This document shows positions 1 through 8,980 of a DNA stretch of 64,000 nt, piece by piece (the first letter of the stretch is position 1; each line of letters begins with the position of its first letter). Location: contig JBEKDR010000003.1 in the NCBI GenBank assembly GCA_050014255.1, forward strand, positions 20,497-84,496, read 5' to 3'. Made by a program: the position numbers and the translations under genes. Under the pieces are notes generated by a model that searched no databases, was not told the origin of the DNA, and saw only the letters and a program-made list of their open reading frames with translations. This stretch comes from Bacteroidales bacterium (lineage in GTDB: Bacteria; Bacteroidota; Bacteroidia; Bacteroidales; VadinHA17).

Positions 1-1
1 G

Positions 2-301
2 CAACCAGGCATAAAATATACGACGGATATCCCCCCGGAAGGTACCGGAGTTGATGTCTACCCGAATCCTGCAACAGATTTTATTAATGTTAAATTATAT
101 GGGGATGAAGCCCGAAAATTCAGGATTGAGGTGATTAATATTACAGGGATGGTTGTTAATTCGATGACTATGGATTTTACGGACAAGTATTATTATATAC
201 AGCAGGTTGATGTTACCAGTCTGAAATTTGGTTTATATTTTGTAAGGGTAACCAGCGATGACGGGACAATTAAAAGAGTTTTTAAAATAGAAAAAATGTA
301 A
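2..301 (+). CDS. 3' end of a secreted protein with a type IX secretion (Por) C-terminal sorting domain; the 5' end lies outside the window
   Basis: Own translation of frame 2 gives ...DVYPNPATDFINVKLYGDEARKFRIEVINITGMVVNSMTMDFTDKYYYIQQVDVTSLKFGLYFVRVTSDDGTIKRVFKIEKM, with stop TAA at 299-301. The YPNPA start and the ~80-aa tail match the T9SS CTD pattern. Confidence 0.8.
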   Translation, partial: QPGIKYTTDIPPEGTGVDVYPNPATDFINVKLYGDEARKFRIEVINITGMVVNSMTMDFTDKYYYIQQVDVTSLKFGLYFVRVTSDDGTIKRVFKIEKM

Positions 302-312
302 TCCGGAAGACT

Positions 313-1677
313 ATGGCTTTGAAAGGTATTAAGAGGCATTTTACATTGCTAATATTTTTGATTTTCGGTTTTTCATCTTTTGGGCAGAATGTCCCTCTGG
401 GCATATTTTATCAGGCTGTGGCAAGAGATAATACCGGGAAGGAACTTGTCAACAAAAATATCGATGTGAAATTTTCAATCATCATCGGTAATCCACTTGG
501 AACAGTTGTTTACCAGGAGCTCTATTCGGATGTTACCACATCAAAATTTGGAGTTTTTTCATTGATCATTGGTCGCGGGACACCTACAGGCGGTATCTAT
601 ACCGATCTGTCCCAGATTCAATGGAACACAGCTTTTCATTATCTCAAAGTAGAAGTAAAATTCGACAATGATTTTATTGATATGGGAACCATGCAGTTCC
701 TTGCCGTGCCATATGCACTTTATGCACAGAAATCACTTGAGCCCGGGCCACAGGGACCAAAAGGTGATCCGGGTGATCCGGCATCTGATAAACAGACACT
801 TTCGTTTGATGGCAACAATCTTTCAATCTCCAACGGAAATACGGTAAACCTTTCATCTCTTAATATACCTCCCCAGCTTACATTAATAGGAGATACTCTT
901 TCAATACTGGGAGGTAACAAAGTTGCATTAACCAATCAGATCCAGGATCTGCAGCTTGATGTCAACAACCTTCTTAAAATAACAAAAAATCCTTCTGCGA
1001 CTGCAATTGATCTGAGTCCGTTTAAACAAAACCTTTCCTATAATAATACTACCGGATTGTTGAGTATTTCCAATGGTACAGGCGCTGATCTTTCAGCGCT
1101 GCAGACGGCGGGAATTCAGGATATTCATCTGACAGGCAATCAGCTTACAATAGATAAAAATCCTTCTTCAACCGGCGTTGATCTGAGTAAGTATATGGAT
1201 AACACGGATAATCAGCAGTTAACATTTACAGAATCAAGTAAATCGCTTTCAATATCGGGAGGAAACAGTGTGACTCTTGGTTCCCAGATTTCTTTTAGGG
1301 CAAGAAAGGTGGTTGAAGATGTAGGGCTCTCAGTTGGCCTTGATTACGATTTTATTACTCCGGCAATAGATTATAATGATGGATCTGGGTTTGATAGTTC
1401 TACTGGGATTTTTACAGCTCCAATAGCGGGGATTTATACTTTTATTGTAGGTTATAGTGCGGGGAATAATGGCGACCTAAAGACTTTAAAGTTTTTTCTT
1501 AATGGCTCAAGTTATGAAATCTTGAATTCTAACATTAATAGTGGATCATCACTTACAAGATCGATAACAATGAAATTAATGGTTGGAGATAAAGTCAAAG
1601 TGAGTATTAGCATAGGAGGATATGCTAGTACTTTGGGGTCTGGTACAGGATCTTTTTCCGGCTACAAGGTTTATTAA
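313..1677 (+). CDS. Secreted protein with a short collagen-like G-X-Y run, ~24-aa LSISNG-type repeats and a C-terminal C1q/TNF-like globular domain
   Basis: N-terminal signal peptide LLIFLIFGFSSFGQ. Collagen-like run GPQGPKGDPGDP. About six repeats such as LSISNGNTVNLSSL, LSISNGTGADLSAL and LSISGGNSVTLGS. The C-terminus FRARK...YNDGSGFDSSTGIFTAPIAGIYTF...FLNGS...LMVGDKVKV...GSFSGYKVY follows the C1q globular-domain pattern. Confidence 0.75.
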   Translation: MALKGIKRHFTLLIFLIFGFSSFGQNVPLGIFYQAVARDNTGKELVNKNIDVKFSIIIGNPLGTVVYQELYSDVTTSKFGVFSLIIGRGTPTGGIYTDLSQIQWNTAFHYLKVEVKFDNDFIDMGTMQFLAVPYALYAQKSLEPGPQGPKGDPGDPASDKQTLSFDGNNLSISNGNTVNLSSLNIPPQLTLIGDTLSILGGNKVALTNQIQDLQLDVNNLLKITKNPSATAIDLSPFKQNLSYNNTTGLLSISNGTGADLSALQTAGIQDIHLTGNQLTIDKNPSSTGVDLSKYMDNTDNQQLTFTESSKSLSISGGNSVTLGSQISFRARKVVEDVGLSVGLDYDFITPAIDYNDGSGFDSSTGIFTAPIAGIYTFIVGYSAGNNGDLKTLKFFLNGSSYEILNSNINSGSSLTRSITMKLMVGDKVKVSISIGGYASTLGSGTGSFSGYKVY

Positions 1678-1737
1678 TGGAACACCTCCGGGGGAAAGTA
1701 TTTTTTCTTTTTGTTCTAAATCCTGCCATATCCCTTT

Positions 1738-1955
1738 GAGATTCCTCATTAATCCACCATATAACACATAGGATGTGTAAGTGAGGTTGGTGGATTAATT
1801 CGGAATGACACTTTCTGTTTGGGACAAAGGAGGGGAAGAAGCGGCGATTCTCCAGCGGAGATATGGTAGAATCGCCGCTTCTTCCCCTCCCCCCTCATAA
1901 AATTGAAATGTCATTCCGAAAGAAACCGCCAGCTGGCGGTTGAATGAGGAATCTC
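1738..1955. repeat. Composite nested inverted-repeat element (REP/MITE-like), GC-rich relative to its surroundings
   Basis: Outer 13-bp IR GAGATTCCTCATT (1738-1750) / AATGAGGAATCTC (1943-1955). Hairpin TTAATCCACCA (1749-1759) / TGGTGGATTAA (1788-1798). IR TTCGGAATGACA (1799-1810) / TGTCATTCCGAA (1909-1920), which encloses a perfect 23-bp stem (1829-1851 / 1868-1890). Palindrome CCGCCAGCTGGCGG at 1926-1939. Confidence 0.85.
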
Positions 1956-2058
1956 CTGCTCCCGAAACATCCCATCTTAAAAATGTTGTCACTAGTGGTA
2001 GCGTTAGCGAGGAATCTCCATATCCCTTTTTGTAACTTAATAAAAAGAACAGATAATC

Positions 2059-2475
2059 TTATTCCCTCTTTTCTATCCCGATTCTGATCGACCTGAAGAC
2101 CAGGAAGGTAAATAAAGTCGCTGCAAAAACACCCATCACATCACTTGACACATCTTTTATGCTGCATGTCCTTCCGGGAATAAGCTTCTGATGCAACTCA
2201 TCAAGAACAGCAAACAGGATCAGGCTCACCGCTATAATTATAATCTTCTTCCAATTGATCCTGAATTCACCTCCTGCAAATGAAAGAAAAGTCATGAATG
2301 TCAGAATTCCATATTCACAAAAATGCATCATATAATCGAGCCTGATCTCAGATTTTGCAGTATGTATCTTTAATGTCGGAATATTCGGTATAGATGACAA
2401 AATAATTATAGTTAAAACCCAGGCAATTAAAAAATACCTGGCAATGGGACGGATATATATTATTAGTTTCAACAT
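2059..2475 (-). CDS. VanZ-like family membrane protein
   Basis: 138 aa with about 4 TM segments. LDELHQKLIPGRTCSIKDVSSDVMG fits the VanZ-like DExxQ..PGR..D motif. Confidence 0.7.
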   Translation of the reverse strand: MLKLIIYIRPIARYFLIAWVLTIIILSSIPNIPTLKIHTAKSEIRLDYMMHFCEYGILTFMTFLSFAGGEFRINWKKIIIIAVSLILFAVLDELHQKLIPGRTCSIKDVSSDVMGVFAATLFTFLVFRSIRIGIEKRE

Positions 2476-2535
2476 GCTTGTTTAAGAGAATGCCAAAATT
2501 AAAGTTTTATCTCCTATAGTTTTAGGATAAAAGAC

Positions 2536-2543
2536 TAAATTTG
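2536..2543 (+). promoter_or_regulatory. Candidate Bacteroidota -7 promoter box (TAnnTTTG) for prfB
   Basis: TAAATTTG lies 16 nt upstream of the prfB ATG. No clean -33 TTTG was found. Confidence 0.3.
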
Positions 2544-2558
2544 TCCAAAAATTCAGAA

Positions 2559-3648
2559 ATGATAACTAATGAACAGATAAAAGCTTTATCGGGACGCCGC
2601 GACGCGTTAAGGAGGTATCTTTGACATCGAGGGGAAACTGGAACTCATCGCGGAAAAAGAAAACCTGTCCCAACAACCTGGTTTATGGGATGATCCTAAA
2701 AAGGCTGAAGATCTTCTGAAAAGCATTGCACAACTAAAAAGCTGGACAACAGCATTCGACAAAATAAATTCAGCCATCGATGATATCAATGTAATAAATG
2801 ACTTTTACAGGGAGGGAGAAGCAACTGAAGAAGAAGTTGATAACCAGTATCAGAACTGTCTTTCCATGATCGAAGACCTTGAGGTCAGGAATATGCTGCA
2901 GAAAGAGGAGGACCAGCTTGGGGCAATTCTGAAAATAAACTCGGGTGCCGGAGGTACAGAAAGCAACGACTGGGCTGCAATGCTCATGAGGATGTATCTG
3001 CGTTGGGCCGAAAGAAACAACTATAAGGTAAAAGAGCTTGATTATCAGCCTGGTGATGAGGTTGGCATAAAGACTGTGACACTGGAGATTGATGGTGAAC
3101 GGGCATATGGATATCTTAAGAGTGAAAACGGGGTGCACAGGCTTGTAAGGATTTCACCATTCAACGCACAGGGAAAACGTCAGACAACTTTTGCTTCGGT
3201 TTTTATATCACCCCTAGTTGATAACAATATTGAAATTGAAATTAACCCGGCTGATATTACATGGGATACATTCCGGTCGAGTGGTGCAGGGGGACAGAAT
3301 GTTAACAAGGTTGAGACAGCTGTCAGGTTAAGGCATAAACCTTCAGGACTGGTAATTGAAAACCAGGAGACACGATCGCAGCTCAATAATAAAGAGAACG
3401 CGATGAGGATCCTTAAATCGCAGCTTTATGAACTTGAGTTGAGAAAACAACAGGAGGAGCAGGCGAAAATTGAAGGGGAGAAGAAAAAGATTGAATGGGG
3501 CTCACAGATAAGATCTTATGTGCTGCATCCATATAAAATGGTTAAGGACTTGCGCACAAACCATGAGACCGGGAATGTTCAGGCAGTTCTGGATGGTGAC
3601 CTGAATCCGTTCATAAAATCTTTCCTGATGGAGTTTGCGGGGAAATAA
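2559..3648 (+). CDS. prfB: Peptide chain release factor 2, produced by a programmed +1 ribosomal frameshift: join(2559..2621, 2623..3648)
   Basis: Frame 0 reads [21 protein letters not shown] and then TGA at 2622-2624. The +1 frame continues [31 protein letters not shown]... into the 260-aa track ORF (2866..3648, same frame as 2623). The RF2-specific SPF motif ([11 protein letters not shown]) and the GGQ motif ([15 protein letters not shown]) are both present. Confidence 0.93.
2610..2625 (+). promoter_or_regulatory. prfB: RF2 autoregulatory +1 frameshift site: internal SD-like AGGAGG, 3-nt spacer, CTT TGA C
   Basis: The sequence AGGAGGTATCTTTGAC is read directly and is essentially the canonical prfB recoding cassette. 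Confidence 0.9.
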
Positions 3649-3744
3649 TCTTAGATTCTATGCTCATCACAATATGATAAATTTCATAAAAACTATGCTC
3701 GCCGATTCATTTAATTTGTGTTTTAAATTTCAACTCTGAGTCGA

Positions 3745-5241
3745 ATGGCGCAAAAGGAGAAATTATTTGATCAGTTTCCTCCGGTGACAACAAAGGAGTG
3801 GATGGATAAGATCAATTCTGACCTGAAGGGAGCTGATTTTAATAAAACACTTGTCTGGAAACCAAATGAGGGATTTGAGGTACATCCATTTTACCGGATG
3901 GAAGATATTGAGAACCTCATGTATATAAACACACTCCCGGGTCAGTTCCCATATCTGAGAGGTACAAAGGTCAGTAATAATAACTGGCTGATCAGACAGA
4001 ATATTGAAGTAACCAATTATTCAGAAGCGAACAGAAAGGCGTTGACGATCCTTATGAAAGGGATTGACTCACTTGGATTTATTATTGCTGACCCGGAATC
4101 AGTTAATGAAAGAAATTTTGATCTTCTCCTCGAAAGAATCTTCCCCGGAGGAGTCGAAATAAATTTTCTCTCCAATGGCAAAGCAAAGGAGATAATTGAT
4201 CTGATAATAAACTATATAAAAAAATCTTTTTCTGACCCGGACAAAATCAGAGGGGCTATTGAAGCTGATCCGTTGAGCAGACTAATGCTGAATGGCACCT
4301 TATGTATTCCTCCGGAACAGGGATTTGATTATCTGGCTTCAGTTGTTAATTCGGCTGCTTTTCTTCCTAACTTCAGGGTTATCCATCTGAATGCTTCGAA
4401 CTTTAATAATGCCGGCGCCGACATTGTTCAGGAACTTGCGTTCGCGGTTTCGATGGGGAGCGAGTACATGTCACAACTTACCGAAAGGGGAATAAGCGCT
4501 GATGTTGCTGTTTCAAAGATCAGGTTTAGTTTCGGAACCGGATCAAACTATTTCCCTGAGATTGCCAAGCTGAGGGCCGCACGTCTCCTCTGGTCCGTTG
4601 TCACTAACGGTTTTCATCCTGAAAACAGTGAAAATATCAAAATGGATATTCATTGTGTGACAAGTGAATGGAATAAAACAGTTTTTGACCCATTTGTAAA
4701 CATGCTCAGGACTCAGACTGAAGCAATGTCGGCTATTCTCGGGGGAACAGATTCACTTACAATAGAACCTTTTGACATCGTTTTCAGGCATCCTGATGAA
4801 TTTTCTGAAAGAATAGCACGGAACCAGCAACTGATACTAAAGGAAGAAGCTTATTTCGATAAGGTGGCAGATCCTGCCGCAGGTTCATATTATATTGAAA
4901 ACCTCACAAGTCTGATTGCAGAAAGCGCCTGGAAATTATTCCTTGAAATTGAAGATCAGGGCGGGTTTCTTTCCTGTCTGAAATCAGGATTGATACAGAA
5001 AAAATTGTCGAATTCGGCATCAAGTAGAAGATCGGATATTTCAAGCGGCAAAGAGATACTGCTTGGGACAAACAAATTTCCAGATTTAAATGAAAAAATC
5101 CTTTCAGGAATTGATTTAACCAGAGGATTTAAATCGCCGGTTTTGGCAAATGATCTTGAGATTGAGCCAATAATACTTTTCAGAGGATCAGAGGAATACG
5201 AAAGGTTAAGATTAGAAGGCGATAAAGGAGAAAAAATTTAG
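3745..5241 (+). CDS. mutA: Methylmalonyl-CoA mutase small (beta) subunit
   Basis: 498 aa with a mutase-family fold pattern (FPYLRG, RIARNQQLILKEE, DPAAGSYYIE). No B12-binding DxHxxG motif. Its stop lies 3 nt before the large-subunit start. Confidence 0.8.
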   Translation: MAQKEKLFDQFPPVTTKEWMDKINSDLKGADFNKTLVWKPNEGFEVHPFYRMEDIENLMYINTLPGQFPYLRGTKVSNNNWLIRQNIEVTNYSEANRKALTILMKGIDSLGFIIADPESVNERNFDLLLERIFPGGVEINFLSNGKAKEIIDLIINYIKKSFSDPDKIRGAIEADPLSRLMLNGTLCIPPEQGFDYLASVVNSAAFLPNFRVIHLNASNFNNAGADIVQELAFAVSMGSEYMSQLTERGISADVAVSKIRFSFGTGSNYFPEIAKLRAARLLWSVVTNGFHPENSENIKMDIHCVTSEWNKTVFDPFVNMLRTQTEAMSAILGGTDSLTIEPFDIVFRHPDEFSERIARNQQLILKEEAYFDKVADPAAGSYYIENLTSLIAESAWKLFLEIEDQGGFLSCLKSGLIQKKLSNSASSRRSDISSGKEILLGTNKFPDLNEKILSGIDLTRGFKSPVLANDLEIEPIILFRGSEEYERLRLEGDKGEKI

Positions 5242-5244
5242 ACT

Positions 5245-7395
5245 ATGAAGCCAAAATTCCGATATAGCGACCTAAAAACGCTCCTTGTCACTGAAAAGGA
5301 TTACCTGGAGTGGGAGAAAGATAATAACCTAAAAAAAGATTGGGTAACTCCGGAAATGATCCCGATAAAGAGCGTTTACACAAAAGAGGATCTGGCAGGA
5401 GTGGAACATCTTAATTATGCTGCCGGGTTACCTCCATTTTTACAGGGACCCTATTCGGGCATGTATACAATGATGCCATGGACCATCAGGCAGTATGCAG
5501 GATTCTCTACAGCTGAAGAATCAAATGCATTTTACAGGCGTAACCTGGCTGCCGGGCAGAAAGGATTGTCAGTAGCTTTTGACCTCGCCACTCACAGGGG
5601 ATATGATTCGGATCATGAAAGAGTTGCAGGGGATGTTGGCAAAGCCGGAGTAGCAGTTGACTCAATTCTTGATATGAAATTGCTTTTTGACCAGATACCG
5701 CTCAATAAAATGTCTGTATCAATGACAATGAATGGAGCTGTGCTGCCAATAATGGCATTTTATATTGTTGCGGCACTTGAACAGGGAGCCCGGTTAGATG
5801 AATTATCAGGAACAATCCAGAATGATATTCTGAAAGAATTCATGGTGAGGAACACTTATATTTATCCTCCTGAATTTTCAATGAGAATAATTGCTGATAT
5901 TTTCCGGTATACTTCAGAAAAAATGCCGAAATTCAATTCAATAAGCATCTCAGGTTATCACATGCAGGAGGCGGGAGCGACGTGCGATATAGAACTTGCC
6001 TATACACTCGCCGACGGACTGGAATACCTGAGAACGGGAATTAAAGCAGGACTTGATATCGATGCTTTTGCTCCCAGGATTTCATTTTTCTGGGCGATCG
6101 GCATGAACCATTTCATGGAAATTGCCAAGATGAGAGCGGCAAGGATGTTATGGTCAAAAATTGTCAGTGAGTTCAATCCTAAGAATCCCAAATCGCTGGC
6201 TCTGAGAACTCACTGTCAGACATCGGGATGGAGTCTGACCGAGCAGGATCCTTACAATAATGTGGGGCGCACCTGTATAGAATCTATGGCTGCCGTATTG
6301 GGGCACACACAGAGTCTTCATACAAATGCTCTTGATGAGGCTATAGCGTTGCCAACAGATTTTTCAGCACGGATTGCCAGAAACACTCAGATATATATCC
6401 AGGAGGAGACACAGGTTTGCAGGGCAATTGATCCCTGGGCAGGGTCATACTACGTTGAGACCCTTACGCACGAAATTGTTCATCGGGCCTGGGAGCATAT
6501 AAAGGAAGTTGAAAGTCTTGGAGGAATGGCAAAAGCAGTCGAATCAGGAGTTCCAAAGATGAGGATAGAAGAGGCTGCTGCAAGGGCTCAGGCCAGAATT
6601 GATTCAGGAGTGCAGACAATAGTCGGGACAAACAGATATAGGCTTGAAAAAGAAGATCCGATCGAAACACTGGAAGTTGATAATTCAGCTGTCCGTGAAT
6701 CGCAGATAATAAGGCTGGCTAAACTTCGTGCCGAAAGGAACGAGACTGAATGCCAGATTGCTCTTGATGCAATAACCAAATGTGTTCAGACTGTTGAAGG
6801 TAACCGTCTTGAATTAGCCATTGCGGCAGCTGAAAAACGGGCCAGTCTGGGCGAAATATCTTATGCATGTGAAAAAATTGTCGGGAGGTACAAAGCAGTG
6901 ATACAGACTATATCAGGCGTTTATTCATCGGAGTACAAATCCGATGATGATTTTAAAGAAGCAAAGGCACTTGTTGCCAGGTTTGCAGAAAAAGAGGGCC
7001 GTCAGCCCAGGATAATGATCGTCAAGATGGGCCAGGATGGTCACGATCGGGGCGCGAAAGTTGTTTCAACAGGTTATGCCGATATTGGTTTTGACGTCGA
7101 CATCGGGCCACTCTTCCAGACTCCTGCCGAAGCAGCAAAACAGGCAATTGAGAATGACGTTCATGTGCTGGGGGTCTCCAGCCTGGCCGGGGGGCATAAA
7201 ACCCTTGTTCCTCAGGTGATTAATGAGCTGAAGAAGCTTGGCAGGGAAGATATACTTGTTATTGCCGGAGGAGTGATCCCTCACCAGGATTATCATTTCT
7301 TGTACGACTCAGGCGTAGCTGCAATATTCGGTCCCGGAACATCTGTTTCAAAAGCGGCAAAGCAGATTCTGGAGATATTGCTTGAAATCAATTAA
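5245..7395 (+). CDS. mutB: Methylmalonyl-CoA mutase large (alpha) subunit, B12-dependent
   Basis: 716 aa. Motifs [30 protein letters not shown] and [11 protein letters not shown]-terminal cobalamin-binding domain [13 protein letters not shown] (DxHxxG). Confidence 0.95.
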   Translation: MKPKFRYSDLKTLLVTEKDYLEWEKDNNLKKDWVTPEMIPIKSVYTKEDLAGVEHLNYAAGLPPFLQGPYSGMYTMMPWTIRQYAGFSTAEESNAFYRRNLAAGQKGLSVAFDLATHRGYDSDHERVAGDVGKAGVAVDSILDMKLLFDQIPLNKMSVSMTMNGAVLPIMAFYIVAALEQGARLDELSGTIQNDILKEFMVRNTYIYPPEFSMRIIADIFRYTSEKMPKFNSISISGYHMQEAGATCDIELAYTLADGLEYLRTGIKAGLDIDAFAPRISFFWAIGMNHFMEIAKMRAARMLWSKIVSEFNPKNPKSLALRTHCQTSGWSLTEQDPYNNVGRTCIESMAAVLGHTQSLHTNALDEAIALPTDFSARIARNTQIYIQEETQVCRAIDPWAGSYYVETLTHEIVHRAWEHIKEVESLGGMAKAVESGVPKMRIEEAAARAQARIDSGVQTIVGTNRYRLEKEDPIETLEVDNSAVRESQIIRLAKLRAERNETECQIALDAITKCVQTVEGNRLELAIAAAEKRASLGEISYACEKIVGRYKAVIQTISGVYSSEYKSDDDFKEAKALVARFAEKEGRQPRIMIVKMGQDGHDRGAKVVSTGYADIGFDVDIGPLFQTPAEAAKQAIENDVHVLGVSSLAGGHKTLVPQVINELKKLGREDILVIAGGVIPHQDYHFLYDSGVAAIFGPGTSVSKAAKQILEILLEIN

Positions 7396-7765
7396 AAAGT
7401 CTCCTGTTTAGAAATGTCAAAAAAGGAATACTATCGATCCAGATCCTGAAACATATTATTATAATTATCTCCTCTAACTTTTTTCCCCATGCTTTATAAT
7501 CAAATGAAGTTCTATTGTTTTATTAACGGAAGTGACTGATATTTGGCACTAATTGTGAACTTAATAACAAGAGAGTCTTATTCTTTCATCATTTGACACC
7601 TTCATGATGATTTGATCAGATTTTGTCATTTTAAAATAATTTAGAATGGTTCTAAATGGGCATAAGATCATGATAATAAATATCATTTTTTTGTATATTT
7701 ATTAGATGAAATAATAAATTGTGATTTCCCTGATATTAAATTATTTAATATATATTCATATCTAA

Positions 7766-8230
7766 ATGAAGTTTTATATTCCACCTCAAATTCCCAGGCT
7801 TGCACTTGCCTTTGCAGTATTTATCTCTCTTTTTCTCATTCTACGGCATTTTCTTATTCCTGAAACATTCGGCGAATATGGTCATTACCGGGGAGCTTCT
7901 TTGATAGATAACACGAGACCTGAAATTCATTATGCCGGGCAACAGGCCTGTTTTAAATGTCATCAGGATATTGAAGATAAAAAAGCCCAGGATGTTCACA
8001 GTGATATACATTGTGAAACTTGTCATGGTCCCGGGGAAAAGCATGTAATTAGCAGTAAAGCTGGAGATATATTAAAGCCTTCAGGAAGAGTTTTTTGCGG
8101 GTCCTGTCATATTATTAATGCGGGAAAGCAAAAGAGTACCATAAATCAGATTGACCTTGATAAACACAATGTCGGGAAGAATTGTATAGACTGTCACAAT
8201 CCACATCAACCATGGGAAATGAAAAAATAA
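7766..8230 (+). CDS. Membrane-anchored tetrahaem c-type cytochrome
   Basis: N-terminal TM LALAFAVFISLFLIL. Four CXXCH motifs: CFKCH, CETCH, CGSCH and CIDCH. 154 aa. Confidence 0.85.
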   Translation: MKFYIPPQIPRLALAFAVFISLFLILRHFLIPETFGEYGHYRGASLIDNTRPEIHYAGQQACFKCHQDIEDKKAQDVHSDIHCETCHGPGEKHVISSKAGDILKPSGRVFCGSCHIINAGKQKSTINQIDLDKHNVGKNCIDCHNPHQPWEMKK

Positions 8231-8979
8231 TAACATCACGAAGAAAATTCCTTAAGACGGCAACAGCTCTGGCAGGAGCCACAATAGGATATGCATGGCT
8301 GAAATCATCACAGATTCTGCTTTTTGCAGCAAAACCGAAAGATGAAAGTTTGCCGTGGTATGGGATAGTTATTGATATTCAAAAATGTATAGGATGCGGG
8401 AATTGCGCCAAAGCCTGTAAAAATGAAAATGATGTCCCTCTCGAACCATTTTACTTTCGTACATGGGTAGAACAATATACGGTAAAGAATGACGGCAGTG
8501 TAAATATCGTTTCTCCTAATGGTGGTATAGATGGTTTTAAGCAGATGGCCCCCAATGAGGATATTTTTAAATCATTTTTTGTACCAAAGATGTGCAACCA
8601 CTGTTCAAAATCACCATGTACCCAGGTATGCCCGGTAGGTGCAACATTTGAAAGTCCTGAGGGTGTTGTGCTTATCGATGAAAAATACTGTATCGGATGC
8701 AGATATTGTGTACAGGCCTGCCCCTACGGTTGCAGGTTTATTCATCCAGTGAAGAAAGTTGCCAATAAATGTACTCTGTGCTATCACAGGTTGAAAAAAG
8801 GTCTTGCTCCAGCATGCATGGAAACATGCCCGACAGGTGCAAGGATGTGTGGCAATCTGAGAGACAAAAACAGTGAACTGGTTAAATTTCTTAAAGAACA
8901 TACAACTATGATACTCAGGCCTCACCTGAATACAGGATCAAAGCTTTATTATAATGCACTTAGCTCGGAGGTAAGATAG
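8212..8979 (+). CDS. Tat-exported 4x[4Fe-4S] ferredoxin-type subunit (NrfC/PsrB/HybA/DsrO-like)
   Basis: Start moved to ATG 8212 (MGNEKIITSRRKFLKTATALAGA), which gives a twin-arginine signal. Four Cys clusters: CIGCGNCAKAC, CNHCSKSPCTQVCP, CIGCRYCVQACP and CTLC...CMETCP. It overlaps the cytochrome stop by 19 nt. Confidence 0.85.
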   Translation: MGNEKIITSRRKFLKTATALAGATIGYAWLKSSQILLFAAKPKDESLPWYGIVIDIQKCIGCGNCAKACKNENDVPLEPFYFRTWVEQYTVKNDGSVNIVSPNGGIDGFKQMAPNEDIFKSFFVPKMCNHCSKSPCTQVCPVGATFESPEGVVLIDEKYCIGCRYCVQACPYGCRFIHPVKKVANKCTLCYHRLKKGLAPACMETCPTGARMCGNLRDKNSELVKFLKEHTTMILRPHLNTGSKLYYNALSSEVR

Positions 8980-8980
8980 T

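Noticed and set aside
1795-1992. The 65-aa ORF, plus similar ORFs at 25976..26292 and 50905..51147, as small proteins
   Set aside because: Each coincides exactly with a GC-rich palindromic repeat island. The open frames exist because GC-rich repeats lack stop codons in an AT-rich genome.
3649-3744. Cobalamin riboswitch upstream of the B12-dependent mutAB
   Set aside because: The region is only 96 bp and AT-rich, with no B12-box-like GC-rich core visible.
8182-8211. TTG 8182 as the start of the FeS subunit
   Set aside because: The extra residues (MYRLSQSTST) precede the twin-arginine signal and would overlap the cytochrome gene by 49 nt. ATG 8212 gives a standard Tat leader.
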